Positions 18,758-27,460 of a stretch of DNA of 64,000 bases are shown here, piece by piece. Origin of the DNA: Candidatus Levyibacteriota bacterium (GTDB taxonomy: Bacteria; Patescibacteriota; Microgenomatia; Levybacterales; UBA12049). The notes under the pieces are model-generated. The model saw nothing but the letters and a program-made list of their open reading frames with translations. It was not told the origin of the DNA and made no database searches. Numbering within the stretch: position 1 is the first letter of the stretch; the number at the start of each line of letters is the position of its first letter. The position numbers and the translations under genes were made by a program. The stretch is from assembly GCA_029260965.1 (NCBI GenBank), contig JAJDCG010000001.1:376012-440011 (forward strand). Reading direction: 5' to 3'.

Positions 18758-20447
18758 AAATTTTTACATCTTTTATTTTTAGTTGGAGCTTGGTGTTTCC
18801 GTTCCAGGTGTTTTTATCAATAGAGTAGGCAATATCCACTGTGGATTTCTTTTTTAATTTTACCGTTAGTTTTCCCATTCCAAAAGCGATTGCTTCATGG
18901 CTTATGGATTCAGGTTTTTGGTTCTTGGAGCTCAGTTCTAGCCTCAGGTGGCTTTGATCTTTTCCCAATAGCCTGAAGTCTTTAACCCAAACATCTCGCG
19001 TTATAAAAACTGGTTCAGGATTCCCCATGCCAAACGGTGCAAGCGTTTGAATAGTATCATATAGTGATGTGTTAATACATGCTAATTCAAGTTCGCAGTC
19101 AATTTTTAGTTTTCTTTTTAACAAGTCATCCGTGATTGCGATTTCTGCTGCTTTTTCTAGTGTTTTGATCAGGCTGTCCAGGTTTTTAGTTTTTATAGTA
19201 AACCCTGCTGCCATTGGGTGTCCACCTATATCCGTGAAGAATTTGGGGTGTGATCTGAGAAAATCAACTATGTTGAATCCCGGGATAGACCTTACAGAGG
19301 CTTTAGAATATTCATCGCCGATTGAAATAGCAATCGATGGTCGATAGAATTCTTCAACTAGTTTTCCAGCTATAAGTCCTATTACGCCTTGTTTGTATAA
19401 TTGATCCGCAACAATTAATATTTTTTTACTTTTTATTTTTTGCTTTTTGTTTACTTCTTGTATTGCATGTTCTGTTGATTCTTTGAGTATGTGCTGGCGA
19501 TCGCGATTTATTAACTCGAGTTTCTGTGCAAGAGTTCTAGCTCGATTTGCGTCTTTCGTACACAAAAGTCTCAGGCTGTCCATGGCAGATTCCATGCGTC
19601 CTGCAGCATTTAGTCGGGGTGCTATAATATAGCCAACATCATAGATTGAAAATAGTTTTTTTTCTATTTTTGCTTCATTAAAAAGTTCTTTTAGTCCCAT
19701 GCGTTGTGATCTCCCCAAAGCTCCAAGTCCAAATTTGGCAATCGTGCGGCTAGTGCTAGTTAGTGGTACGAGATCAGCAACTGTTCCAAGCATTGCTAGC
19801 TCGAGATGAGAATCCTGAGGGTGTGGCGCGTGGCGTGTGGTGCGTATTTCTTTTGCGAGTAGATAAGCAACAGCTGCGCCACAAATCTTTGTAGTATGTA
19901 TTGTAGTAAATGCATTCGGCAAAATTTTTCCGACAGTATGATGATCGGTTATTATTACATCAATATTTTTTGTTTTTGCAAAATCAACAGCATCATGCGC
20001 AACAATTCCGTTATCAACAGTAATTATGAGGGAGACATTTTTGCTTTTTGATTTTTGTTCTAGAATTTTTTCAATTCCACGAATCGAAAGTCCGTATCCT
20101 TCATCAATTCTGTGTGGGATATATGGCATCACATTGCCATTCATTGCATGAATTGTCTCCCAGAGTATCGCTGAACCCGTGATGCCATCAACATCATAGT
20201 CACCATATATGATTATTTGTTCTTTATTATCAACAGCTTTTAGGATGCGTTTTACAGCTTTCTTGAGATTGGTAGTATTTATGTCGACGTTTTTTGCGTT
20301 TACTTTTGAGATGTCTGGATTTAGAAATTCTTCCTTGTCTTTTTTTGTTTTTATATTTCTATTTTCAAGTAATAAATCTATTAACCCTTCATTTTGCCAC
20401 TTGTCACTTATGATCCGTGATTTATTTAAAATTTTCCATTCTTTCAT
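18750..20447 (-). CDS. recJ: single-stranded-DNA-specific exonuclease RecJ
   Basis: DHH motifs: IIIYGDYDVDGITGSAIL, ITDHH and GGHPMAAG (DHHA1). Confidence 0.85.
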   Translation of the reverse strand: MKEWKILNKSRIISDKWQNEGLIDLLLENRNIKTKKDKEEFLNPDISKVNAKNVDINTTNLKKAVKRILKAVDNKEQIIIYGDYDVDGITGSAILWETIHAMNGNVMPYIPHRIDEGYGLSIRGIEKILEQKSKSKNVSLIITVDNGIVAHDAVDFAKTKNIDVIITDHHTVGKILPNAFTTIHTTKICGAAVAYLLAKEIRTTRHAPHPQDSHLELAMLGTVADLVPLTSTSRTIAKFGLGALGRSQRMGLKELFNEAKIEKKLFSIYDVGYIIAPRLNAAGRMESAMDSLRLLCTKDANRARTLAQKLELINRDRQHILKESTEHAIQEVNKKQKIKSKKILIVADQLYKQGVIGLIAGKLVEEFYRPSIAISIGDEYSKASVRSIPGFNIVDFLRSHPKFFTDIGGHPMAAGFTIKTKNLDSLIKTLEKAAEIAITDDLLKRKLKIDCELELACINTSLYDTIQTLAPFGMGNPEPVFITRDVWVKDFRLLGKDQSHLRLELSSKNQKPESISHEAIAFGMGKLTVKLKKKSTVDIAYSIDKNTWNGNTKLQLKIKDVKIYE

Positions 20448-20496
20448 GTTTTTGGTTTGCTATACTATAACAGACCCCGTTAGGTGGGACAAGAAT

Positions 20497-21978
20497 ATGA
20501 TTGATAAGTCTAGTACAAAAAAGATAGTTAGTAATCCCTCTCAAGCAAAGAGTGGCAAGTCAGTTCTGGATAAAATTCCGCAACACATACTTGATATTGA
20601 TAAGAAATTTCGTGGTGCAGGATTTGAAATATATCTTGTAGGTGGACCTGTCCGTGATCTACTGAGCGGTAACAAGGTAAAAGACTGGGATTTTACTACA
20701 AATGCGACGCCTCAGGAGATACAAAAGCTTTTCCCAGAAAATGTGTATGAAAATAATTTTGGTACAGTTGGCATAAAAGTAGACGGTTTGATTGAGGCGG
20801 AACATGCTGGAGTTGTAGAAGTTACAACTTATCGTACAGAAAAAGGATACTCGGACAACAGGAGGCCTGATAGCGTTACATGGGGAAAGACAGTTGAGGA
20901 TGATTTATCTAGGAGGGATTTTACTATTAATGCTATGGCTCTGAATCTAGCAGAAAGCAAAAAGGATAAAAAAAATAGTGAGAAAAATTTAGCGTTCGAT
21001 ACTTCAGGGTTTACTCTTGTAGATCCATTTGATGGACAGACTGATCTAAAAAATAAAATTATCAGATCAGTAGGTGATCCTGCGGTCAGATTTAAAGAGG
21101 ATGCGCTTAGACTTATGAGGGCTATCCGATTTGCGATACAACTCCAATTTGATATAGAAGAAGCAACATTGAGGGAGATAACAAACGATGCAAAATTATT
21201 GGAAAATATAGCTAATGAGCGGATTCGTGATGAACTGATGAAAATACTCGGAAGTGATTTTCCGTACGAAGGTGTCTCTCTATTAAAGAATACAGGTTTG
21301 CTAGAGCATATAATTCCAGAACTTTTGGAAGGAGTTGGTATATCTCAGGAGAGGCCAGGAAGACATCATAAAGACGATGTTTTTACTCACAATGTTTTGT
21401 CTCTCAAATTCTGTACATCAAAAGACCCGATAGTTCGCTTTGCAACACTTATTCATGATGCTGGTAAATCACGCGTTGTTGGGAAAGATCAAGATGGATT
21501 GGTTATTTTTCATAATCATGAGATGGCTGGTGCAAAATTGGCATATGAAATTTGTCAAAGACTAAGATTTTCTAAAAAAGATCGTGAAAAAATTGTAAAA
21601 CTAGTCAGATGGCACATGTTTACAGTGGATGAACATATAACAGATGCTGCTGTTAGAAGATTTATCAGGAGAATAGGAGTTGAAAACGTACAGGACATGA
21701 TGGACTTGAGAGTTGGTGATAGGTTGGGTGGGGGCACACAGACTGCAGAAAGCTGGAGACTAAAGCTTTTCAAAAAAAGGCTTGATGAGCAGATGGCACC
21801 TGCGCCTTTTTCTATAAATGATCTTGCAATTGATGGAAATGATCTAATGAAGGAACTCAACATGAAGCCTGGGCCAAAAATAGGAGCCATGCTTCAGAAG
21901 CTATTTGAAGAGGTAGATGAGGATATGGGCAAGAATAACAAGGAATATCTCCTTAAGAGGATTCACGAGTTGACATGA
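20497..21978 (+). CDS. cca: CCA-adding tRNA nucleotidyltransferase with HD domain
   Basis: Polymerase-beta head motif FEIYLVGGPVRDLLSG...DWDF. RxxRxxRF motif (LRLMRAIRFA). C-terminal HD region (THNVLSL...HDAGK). The ORF opens at 20209 but the first ATG after recJ is at 20497. Confidence 0.8.
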   Translation: MIDKSSTKKIVSNPSQAKSGKSVLDKIPQHILDIDKKFRGAGFEIYLVGGPVRDLLSGNKVKDWDFTTNATPQEIQKLFPENVYENNFGTVGIKVDGLIEAEHAGVVEVTTYRTEKGYSDNRRPDSVTWGKTVEDDLSRRDFTINAMALNLAESKKDKKNSEKNLAFDTSGFTLVDPFDGQTDLKNKIIRSVGDPAVRFKEDALRLMRAIRFAIQLQFDIEEATLREITNDAKLLENIANERIRDELMKILGSDFPYEGVSLLKNTGLLEHIIPELLEGVGISQERPGRHHKDDVFTHNVLSLKFCTSKDPIVRFATLIHDAGKSRVVGKDQDGLVIFHNHEMAGAKLAYEICQRLRFSKKDREKIVKLVRWHMFTVDEHITDAAVRRFIRRIGVENVQDMMDLRVGDRLGGGTQTAESWRLKLFKKRLDEQMAPAPFSINDLAIDGNDLMKELNMKPGPKIGAMLQKLFEEVDEDMGKNNKEYLLKRIHELT

Positions 21979-22058
21979 GAGATAGGGAATGTTTTAATAG
22001 AAGGGAATTCCTAGCTTGACAATTAGCAGAATCTGTGATAGATTGCTAATATATATTT

Positions 22059-24419
22059 ATGCAAAGACTGGTCCCAATTATACCAATAAGAGATGGCATA
22101 ATTTTCCCCAATACTGATTCAGTTCTTACTTTTGGTAGACCCAAGAGTTTGGCTGCTCTAGAGTCAGCATTCCAAAGAGAACGTGTTGTTTGTTTCGTAT
22201 TACAGAAAAACGCACGTCTCAATGATCCATCGCCTGAAGACCTCTATGAGATGGGTACTCTTTCTCGCATAGAACGCATGATCAAGACAGATGGCGAGAT
22301 TAACGCACAGGTAAAAGGAATTTCCCGTGTAAAAATACTTTCATATGAGAGGTATGATTCATATTTCATGGCTAATGTCGAGGATATACAGGATGATAAA
22401 GAGGACAATGAAGAAATTAAGGCTCTATGTAATCACCTGACATCAGAATTTCGCAAAGCCATGAATTTTGGTAAATCAGCGGATTTTCTTCTCTTTATGA
22501 ATATCATGTCTGAGAATTCTCCATCTGAACTGGCTGATCTTATCGCATCAGCACTAGATATAAAACCGCAGGAAAAACAGGATCTTCTCGAGACTATAGA
22601 TATCAGATCCAGGCTTAAAAAAGTTACCGAATTTTTGGCAAAGGAAATAAAAATTCTAGAACTTGAGCGTAGAATTGCCTCCAAAACTCAGGAAAGGTTC
22701 GAAAAAGGTGCACGAGAGGCCATGCTTCGAGAGAGACTTAGAACTATTGAGGAGGAGCTTGGTGAAAAAGAAGAGCATTCTGAGACGCAAGTACTTTTGA
22801 GTAAAATAAAAGATGCAAAGATGCCCGAGGAGGTAGAAGAGAAAGCAAAAAAAGAGCTTTCAAAGCTTCAGAACATGAATCAATTCAATCCTGAGGCTGG
22901 ATATATCAGAAATTACTTGGAACTCATGGTGGCTCTTCCATGGAATAAAACCAGTAAGGATGTGACTAATATAAAAAATGCAGAGAAGATTCTAGATCAG
23001 GATCACTATGGCCTTAATAAGGCAAAAGAAAGAATTACCGAATACTTGGCTGTTCACAAGCTTGCAGGTAAGATGAAGGGACCGATTCTTTGCTTTGCAG
23101 GCCCTCCAGGTGTTGGTAAAACATCTATTGGTAAATCAATAGCGCATGCACTTGGTCGTAAGTTTATTCGAGTGTCACTGGGTGGCATTAGAGATGAGGC
23201 AGAGATAAGAGGTCATAGGAGAACGTATGTTGGTGCACTTCCTGGACGCATCCTTCAGGGTATTAAAGATTCAGGTACAAAAAATCCTGTTTTTATGCTT
23301 GATGAGATTGATAAGGTGGGGTCAGATTTTCGTGGAGATCCATCAAGTGCCCTTCTGGAAGCATTGGATCCAGAGCAAAATGGAGCGTTCTCAGATCATT
23401 ATCTTGAGGTGCCTTTTGATCTTTCAGATGTTATGTTTATAACAACTGCCAATGTGCTTGATACCATTCCTCCAGCTCTTCGTGACAGGCTTGAGATAAT
23501 TAACTTTTCAGGTTACACTCATGATGAAAAGTTCAAGATTGCACATGATTTTCTTCTCAAAAAACAACTCGATAATCATGGTTTGAAAGCTGATCAGGTA
23601 ATGGTTGCAAATGATGCACTAAAATTCATGATCCACCATTACACACGTGAGGCAGGAGTCCGTAATCTTGAACGAAAAATTGCTACAGTTTTTAGAAAAG
23701 TTGCCAAAAAAATAGCTGAAGGCGAGAAAGGGAAGATTTCAATTAAGGCTCAGGATGTACCAAAATATCTCGGACCAATAAAATTCACAGGAAATCTGAT
23801 TGAGAAAAAAGATGAGATTGGCATGTCTACGGGTCTTGCCTGGACTGAGGCGGGAGGAGACATACTCTTTATCGAAGTGGCACTCATGCCTGGAAAAGGT
23901 CAGCTCACCTTGACAGGTCAGTTGGGGGATGTCATGAAGGAATCAGCCCAAGCTTCTCTTTCCTATATCAGGTCCAGATCCCACCTCATGGGTCTTCCAG
24001 ATAAGATTTTTCAGAAAACAGACGTCCATGTGCATGTCCCAGAGGGGGCAGTACCCAAGGATGGTCCGTCAGCTGGTACGGCAATCACAGCAGCAATTAC
24101 CTCAGCGCTCACAAAGATTCCTGTAAAGCGCACTGTTGGCATGACAGGTGAGGTGACGCTCAGGGGGCGTGTGTTAGAAATAGGTGGAGTCAAAGAAAAA
24201 GTGATAGCAGCGCACCGGGCAGGTCTCAAAACTATTATTCTTCCAAAAGATAACAAGAAAGATCTAGAGGATGTACCCAAAGAAGTTCTGAATGATCTTA
24301 CTTTTAAATTTGTATCACACATGGATGAGGTTCTTGGATTTGCGTTGCTAAAACCACTCCCCAAGCCCAAGTTAAAAACAAGAGATCAGGGCTTTCAAGC
24401 ACCAGTTCTCCATGCATAA
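22059..24419 (+). CDS. lon: ATP-dependent Lon protease
   Basis: Lon N-domain. Walker A CFAGPPGVGKTS. Walker B MLDEIDK. S16 catalytic PKDGPSAGTA with downstream Lys (KEKVIAAHRAG). Confidence 0.9.
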   Translation: MQRLVPIIPIRDGIIFPNTDSVLTFGRPKSLAALESAFQRERVVCFVLQKNARLNDPSPEDLYEMGTLSRIERMIKTDGEINAQVKGISRVKILSYERYDSYFMANVEDIQDDKEDNEEIKALCNHLTSEFRKAMNFGKSADFLLFMNIMSENSPSELADLIASALDIKPQEKQDLLETIDIRSRLKKVTEFLAKEIKILELERRIASKTQERFEKGAREAMLRERLRTIEEELGEKEEHSETQVLLSKIKDAKMPEEVEEKAKKELSKLQNMNQFNPEAGYIRNYLELMVALPWNKTSKDVTNIKNAEKILDQDHYGLNKAKERITEYLAVHKLAGKMKGPILCFAGPPGVGKTSIGKSIAHALGRKFIRVSLGGIRDEAEIRGHRRTYVGALPGRILQGIKDSGTKNPVFMLDEIDKVGSDFRGDPSSALLEALDPEQNGAFSDHYLEVPFDLSDVMFITTANVLDTIPPALRDRLEIINFSGYTHDEKFKIAHDFLLKKQLDNHGLKADQVMVANDALKFMIHHYTREAGVRNLERKIATVFRKVAKKIAEGEKGKISIKAQDVPKYLGPIKFTGNLIEKKDEIGMSTGLAWTEAGGDILFIEVALMPGKGQLTLTGQLGDVMKESAQASLSYIRSRSHLMGLPDKIFQKTDVHVHVPEGAVPKDGPSAGTAITAAITSALTKIPVKRTVGMTGEVTLRGRVLEIGGVKEKVIAAHRAGLKTIILPKDNKKDLEDVPKEVLNDLTFKFVSHMDEVLGFALLKPLPKPKLKTRDQGFQAPVLHA

Positions 24420-24642
24420 TTTTTTTACCCAATCATTTTTGTCATTCAACATTATCGGTACTGTTTATGCACATGAGGGAAAAGATCCACTTTCAGAACA
24501 AGCTCACCTAACCGGGCATATTATACTTTTAATTATGTTGGTGATCGCATCAGCAGGAGTTGTCTACTATATATTTGAAGAGAGAAAGAGCATGAGGAAA
24601 AAAAATTCAATCTCAAAAAAAGAAAATGATATAAAGGAATAA
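24412..24642 (+). CDS. small single-TM protein (hypothetical)
   Basis: 76 aa with one hydrophobic helix and a K-rich tail. 8-nt overlap with the lon stop. Confidence 0.3.
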   Translation: MHNFFTQSFLSFNIIGTVYAHEGKDPLSEQAHLTGHIILLIMLVIASAGVVYYIFEERKSMRKKNSISKKENDIKE

Positions 24643-24840
24643 TCAGGACTAACTCTTCATGCTTTGTAATGCATAGCAACCTTTTTCTTTTTAGTTTGAT
24701 GATCTAGATCATTAGACTAAAATTATTATTTGCTATTGCATGCCAGAGAATAGATGTATTCAGGCAATAAGTTATATTAAAATTTATTAAAAGCGCCATG
24801 AAGGAAGTTTGCTATTTAAGAATAGGTATTCTGCTATAAT

Positions 24841-25298
24841 ATGCAAGATATGGCAGCAGAAATGGATAGAATTATAAGAGATTTAAGAAGGGAGGGTTTT
24901 GGTACAGGTGCTGACAGGTTAGAGGAATTAAAAACTGTTTTAGTAACAGAGGGTTTGATACCTGAGAGAATTGGTATAGTTAGTGATCTTCCTCCATTTG
25001 AATTTGATCTTCGAACAAGAAGATCAGAGCGAGATCTTGAGACCATGGCACTTGGTTTGCCAAATCGAGTTGTTTGGGCATTGGCAAGAGGTGGCATAAC
25101 TAGTGTTAGGCAAAACTATACGATTTGCCTGTGGAGAAACTTCACATGATGAGAAGCATCGGAAAAAAATCCCTAGAGCAGATTGGTGCTAGTCTGGTAG
25201 CATTCAAAAAAAGAGTGATGGAAAAAAGAGAGAATGAAGGGATAATTGATGATACGCCTGTAGTTTTTTCATACCCTCAATATCATAATGAAGTTTGA
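24841..25298 (+). pseudogene. RNA polymerase alpha-subunit C-terminal-domain-like (HhH) protein, split by a frameshift near 25130
   Basis: Frame 1 (24841-25149) encodes LGLPNRVVWALARGGITSV, aligning to the alpha-CTD helix L-LSVRS-NCLK-AGI-TV. Frame -1 (25146-25298) encodes LYDLPVEKLHMMRSIGKKSLEQI, aligning to alpha-CTD -NLGKKSLTEI-. The segment is visibly GC-richer than its flanks. Confidence 0.4.
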
Positions 25299-25350
25299 CA
25301 AGAGCGATCGTTGCCTTGTGAGCCTGGATATTGTAAAATATACACTCAAT

Positions 25351-25423
25351 GGCCCCATCGTCTAGTGGCCTAGGACGTCAGGTTCTCATCCTGGAGACCG
25401 GGATTCGACTTCCCGTGGGGTCA
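25351..25423 (+). tRNA. tRNA-Glu (anticodon CTC)
   Basis: Acceptor GGCCCCA/TGGGGTC. D-arm TCGTCTAGTGGCCTAGGAC, typical of tRNA-Glu. Anticodon stem TCAGG/CCTGG with loop TTCTCAT. T-arm CGGGA-TTCGACT-TCCCG. Discriminator A. Confidence 0.7.
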
Positions 25424-25467
25424 CTGTTTTATTTGTGCCTCTTCTTGAGTTTTAGTATAATTATCCA

Positions 25468-26226
25468 ATGAAAGATATTTTTTTGTCTGTTGTGGTGCCT
25501 TGTTATGATGAGATGGCCAATTTGCGCAAAGGCGTTCTGGATAAGATTGCGCATTTTTTGACAAAAAAGAGTTTTTCGTACGAAGTGATCATAGTTGATG
25601 ATGGATCAACTGACGGAAGTGTCGAGTTTATAGAAAAGTTTATCAAAGAAAACTCCCGTTTCAGGCTTATCAAAAATCCCCATTACGGCAAGGCAGGTGC
25701 CGTGACAACAGGAATGCTGCAGGCGAGTGGCAAATACAGGCTTTTTACTGATATGGATCAGGCAACACCTATTGAAGAGATTGACAAGCTACTTCCCCAT
25801 GTCAAAAATGGAGCAGATATAGTGATAGGCTCGAGAAAAGGTCAGCGTAAAGGTGCGCCATTTATCAGGCTTTTTGTTTCGCGCAGTTCTATAATTCTCA
25901 GAAAAATTGTTGTGGGGCTTCCGAGGATCTCTGATACTCAGTGTGGGTTCAAGCTATTTTCAGAAAATGCAGCAGTTGATCTTTTTGGCAAATTGATAAA
26001 AATCAAGAAAGGATTCAAAAAAGTTTCAGGACCTGCTGTGACATACGGATCAGACATAGAGCTTCTTTATTTGGCGGATAAGATTGGATATAAAATAAAA
26101 GAAGTCCCAGTTGAATGGCTTTTTGTTGAGTCGCGAAGAGTTAGTCCAGTGCAGGATTCTGTGCAGGGAGTATTGGATCTTCTGACAATAAAGAAAAATA
26201 TAGTCTCTGGAATATATGATGTTTAG
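25468..26226 (+). CDS. GT2 glycosyltransferase, DPM1/GtrB-like polyprenyl-phosphate sugar synthase
   Basis: LSVVVPCYDE, IIVDDGSTDGS, DxD-like TDMDQ. About 250 aa single GT-A domain without TM segments. Confidence 0.8.
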   Translation: MKDIFLSVVVPCYDEMANLRKGVLDKIAHFLTKKSFSYEVIIVDDGSTDGSVEFIEKFIKENSRFRLIKNPHYGKAGAVTTGMLQASGKYRLFTDMDQATPIEEIDKLLPHVKNGADIVIGSRKGQRKGAPFIRLFVSRSSIILRKIVVGLPRISDTQCGFKLFSENAAVDLFGKLIKIKKGFKKVSGPAVTYGSDIELLYLADKIGYKIKEVPVEWLFVESRRVSPVQDSVQGVLDLLTIKKNIVSGIYDV

Positions 26227-26240
26227 ACACTTTTGACAAT

Positions 26241-27446
26241 ATGATTCGAATCATGAGAACAAAAATAATGTTTTATTTTCTGCTTATTTTTGGGCTTTTT
26301 CTTTATTCGTTTACTCAAGTTGATCTTTCTCTTACCGTCTCGCGTAGTTTATTTCTGAATAATATAATTGACTCTTTTCAGCATATAGGTTTTTTCATGA
26401 GACCTCTGTCAACTTATATTTTTTCAGCAATAGTGCTAGCGCTTTTTGGTTTTTGGTTTTATTTTTTGAATCTAGCAAGGGAAAATAAAATAGATAAAAG
26501 AAATATTTGGAAAATCATAATTATTACGAGTTCAATACTAATTTTCTCATACAATGCTTTTTCGTATGATTTATTTAATTACATATTCGACGCAAAAATA
26601 TTCACCCACTATGGTCTCAATCCATATCTTCACAAAGCACTTGATTTTCCAGGAGATCCGATGCTCTCTTTCATGCGCTGGACGCATAGGGTGTATCCAT
26701 ATGGACCTGTTTGGCTTGCGCTTACTGTGCCCTTATCATACTTGGGGTTAAATTTTTTTATTCCGACATTTTTTCTTTTTAAACTTTTTATTGGTGCATT
26801 TTTTGTGGGCAGTATTTATTTTATAGGTAAGATATTACAAAAAATAGCTCCGAAAAAAGAAGTCTTGGGACTTGTTTTTTTTGGGCTCTCTCCATTGGTG
26901 CTCATCGAAAGCTTGGTGAGTGCGCATATTGATATCGTAATGGTGTTTTTCGTACTTTGGGCGACATACAGTCTGGTAAACAAAAAATATATTTTGTTGA
27001 TCCTACTGTTTTTAATCTCAATTGGGATAAAATTCGCAACTGTATTTATATCTCCAGTTTTTTTCTGGATTTGGATACGGAGAGGAAAGACGAGTTTGGA
27101 GAGCATGTTTTCATTTGCTGTAATTCTACTTATTTTGTCGGCACTTGTCTCATCCTACTACAGTGGCAATTTTCAGCCTTGGTATCTTCTCCTTCCTTTG
27201 AGTTTCGCTGCATTTGTGTCATATAAATATTACATTTTCATTCCATCTGTATTTGTCTCAATTTTTGCGATTTTTAATTATGTGCCCTATCTTTATTTAG
27301 GCAATTGGGACCCTCCAGTTCCTGAGTTTTTATTTTGGATACAAATAGGTTCAGTGATTGTCTCAATTTTAGCGGTGGCAGCTTATTTCTTATATCAAAA
27401 ATCAAAAGTTAAAAATCAAAAATATAATTCAAAAGGAAAAAGTTAG
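26241..27446 (+). CDS. GT-C membrane glycosyltransferase, GT87/DUF2029-like (polyprenyl-P-mannose-dependent mannosyltransferase-like)
   Basis: About 11 TM segments. First-loop motif SYDLFNY...GLNPY...YPYGPVW resembles the DUF2029/PimE-type D..Y...G.NPY...YPP signature. Confidence 0.5.
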   Translation: MIRIMRTKIMFYFLLIFGLFLYSFTQVDLSLTVSRSLFLNNIIDSFQHIGFFMRPLSTYIFSAIVLALFGFWFYFLNLARENKIDKRNIWKIIIITSSILIFSYNAFSYDLFNYIFDAKIFTHYGLNPYLHKALDFPGDPMLSFMRWTHRVYPYGPVWLALTVPLSYLGLNFFIPTFFLFKLFIGAFFVGSIYFIGKILQKIAPKKEVLGLVFFGLSPLVLIESLVSAHIDIVMVFFVLWATYSLVNKKYILLILLFLISIGIKFATVFISPVFFWIWIRRGKTSLESMFSFAVILLILSALVSSYYSGNFQPWYLLLPLSFAAFVSYKYYIFIPSVFVSIFAIFNYVPYLYLGNWDPPVPEFLFWIQIGSVIVSILAVAAYFLYQKSKVKNQKYNSKGKS

Positions 27447-27460
27447 CTTATTATACTATA

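Noticed and set aside
20209-20496. N-terminal 96-codon extension of the cca ORF.
   Set aside because: The extension is hydrophobic nonsense and overlaps the recJ 5' end on the opposite strand. The first ATG after the recJ start (20497) gives a normal CCA-enzyme N-terminus.
24643-24840. Possible terminator hairpin after the small ORF at 24412-24642 (tcATGCtttgtaatGCATag).
   Set aside because: Only a 4-5 bp stem and not followed by a T-run. Too weak to call.
24834-25097. 87-aa - strand ORF in the lon/tRNA-Glu spacer.
   Set aside because: The + strand frames of the same segment align convincingly to the RNA polymerase alpha CTD. The - strand translation is Ser/Arg-rich with no motif.
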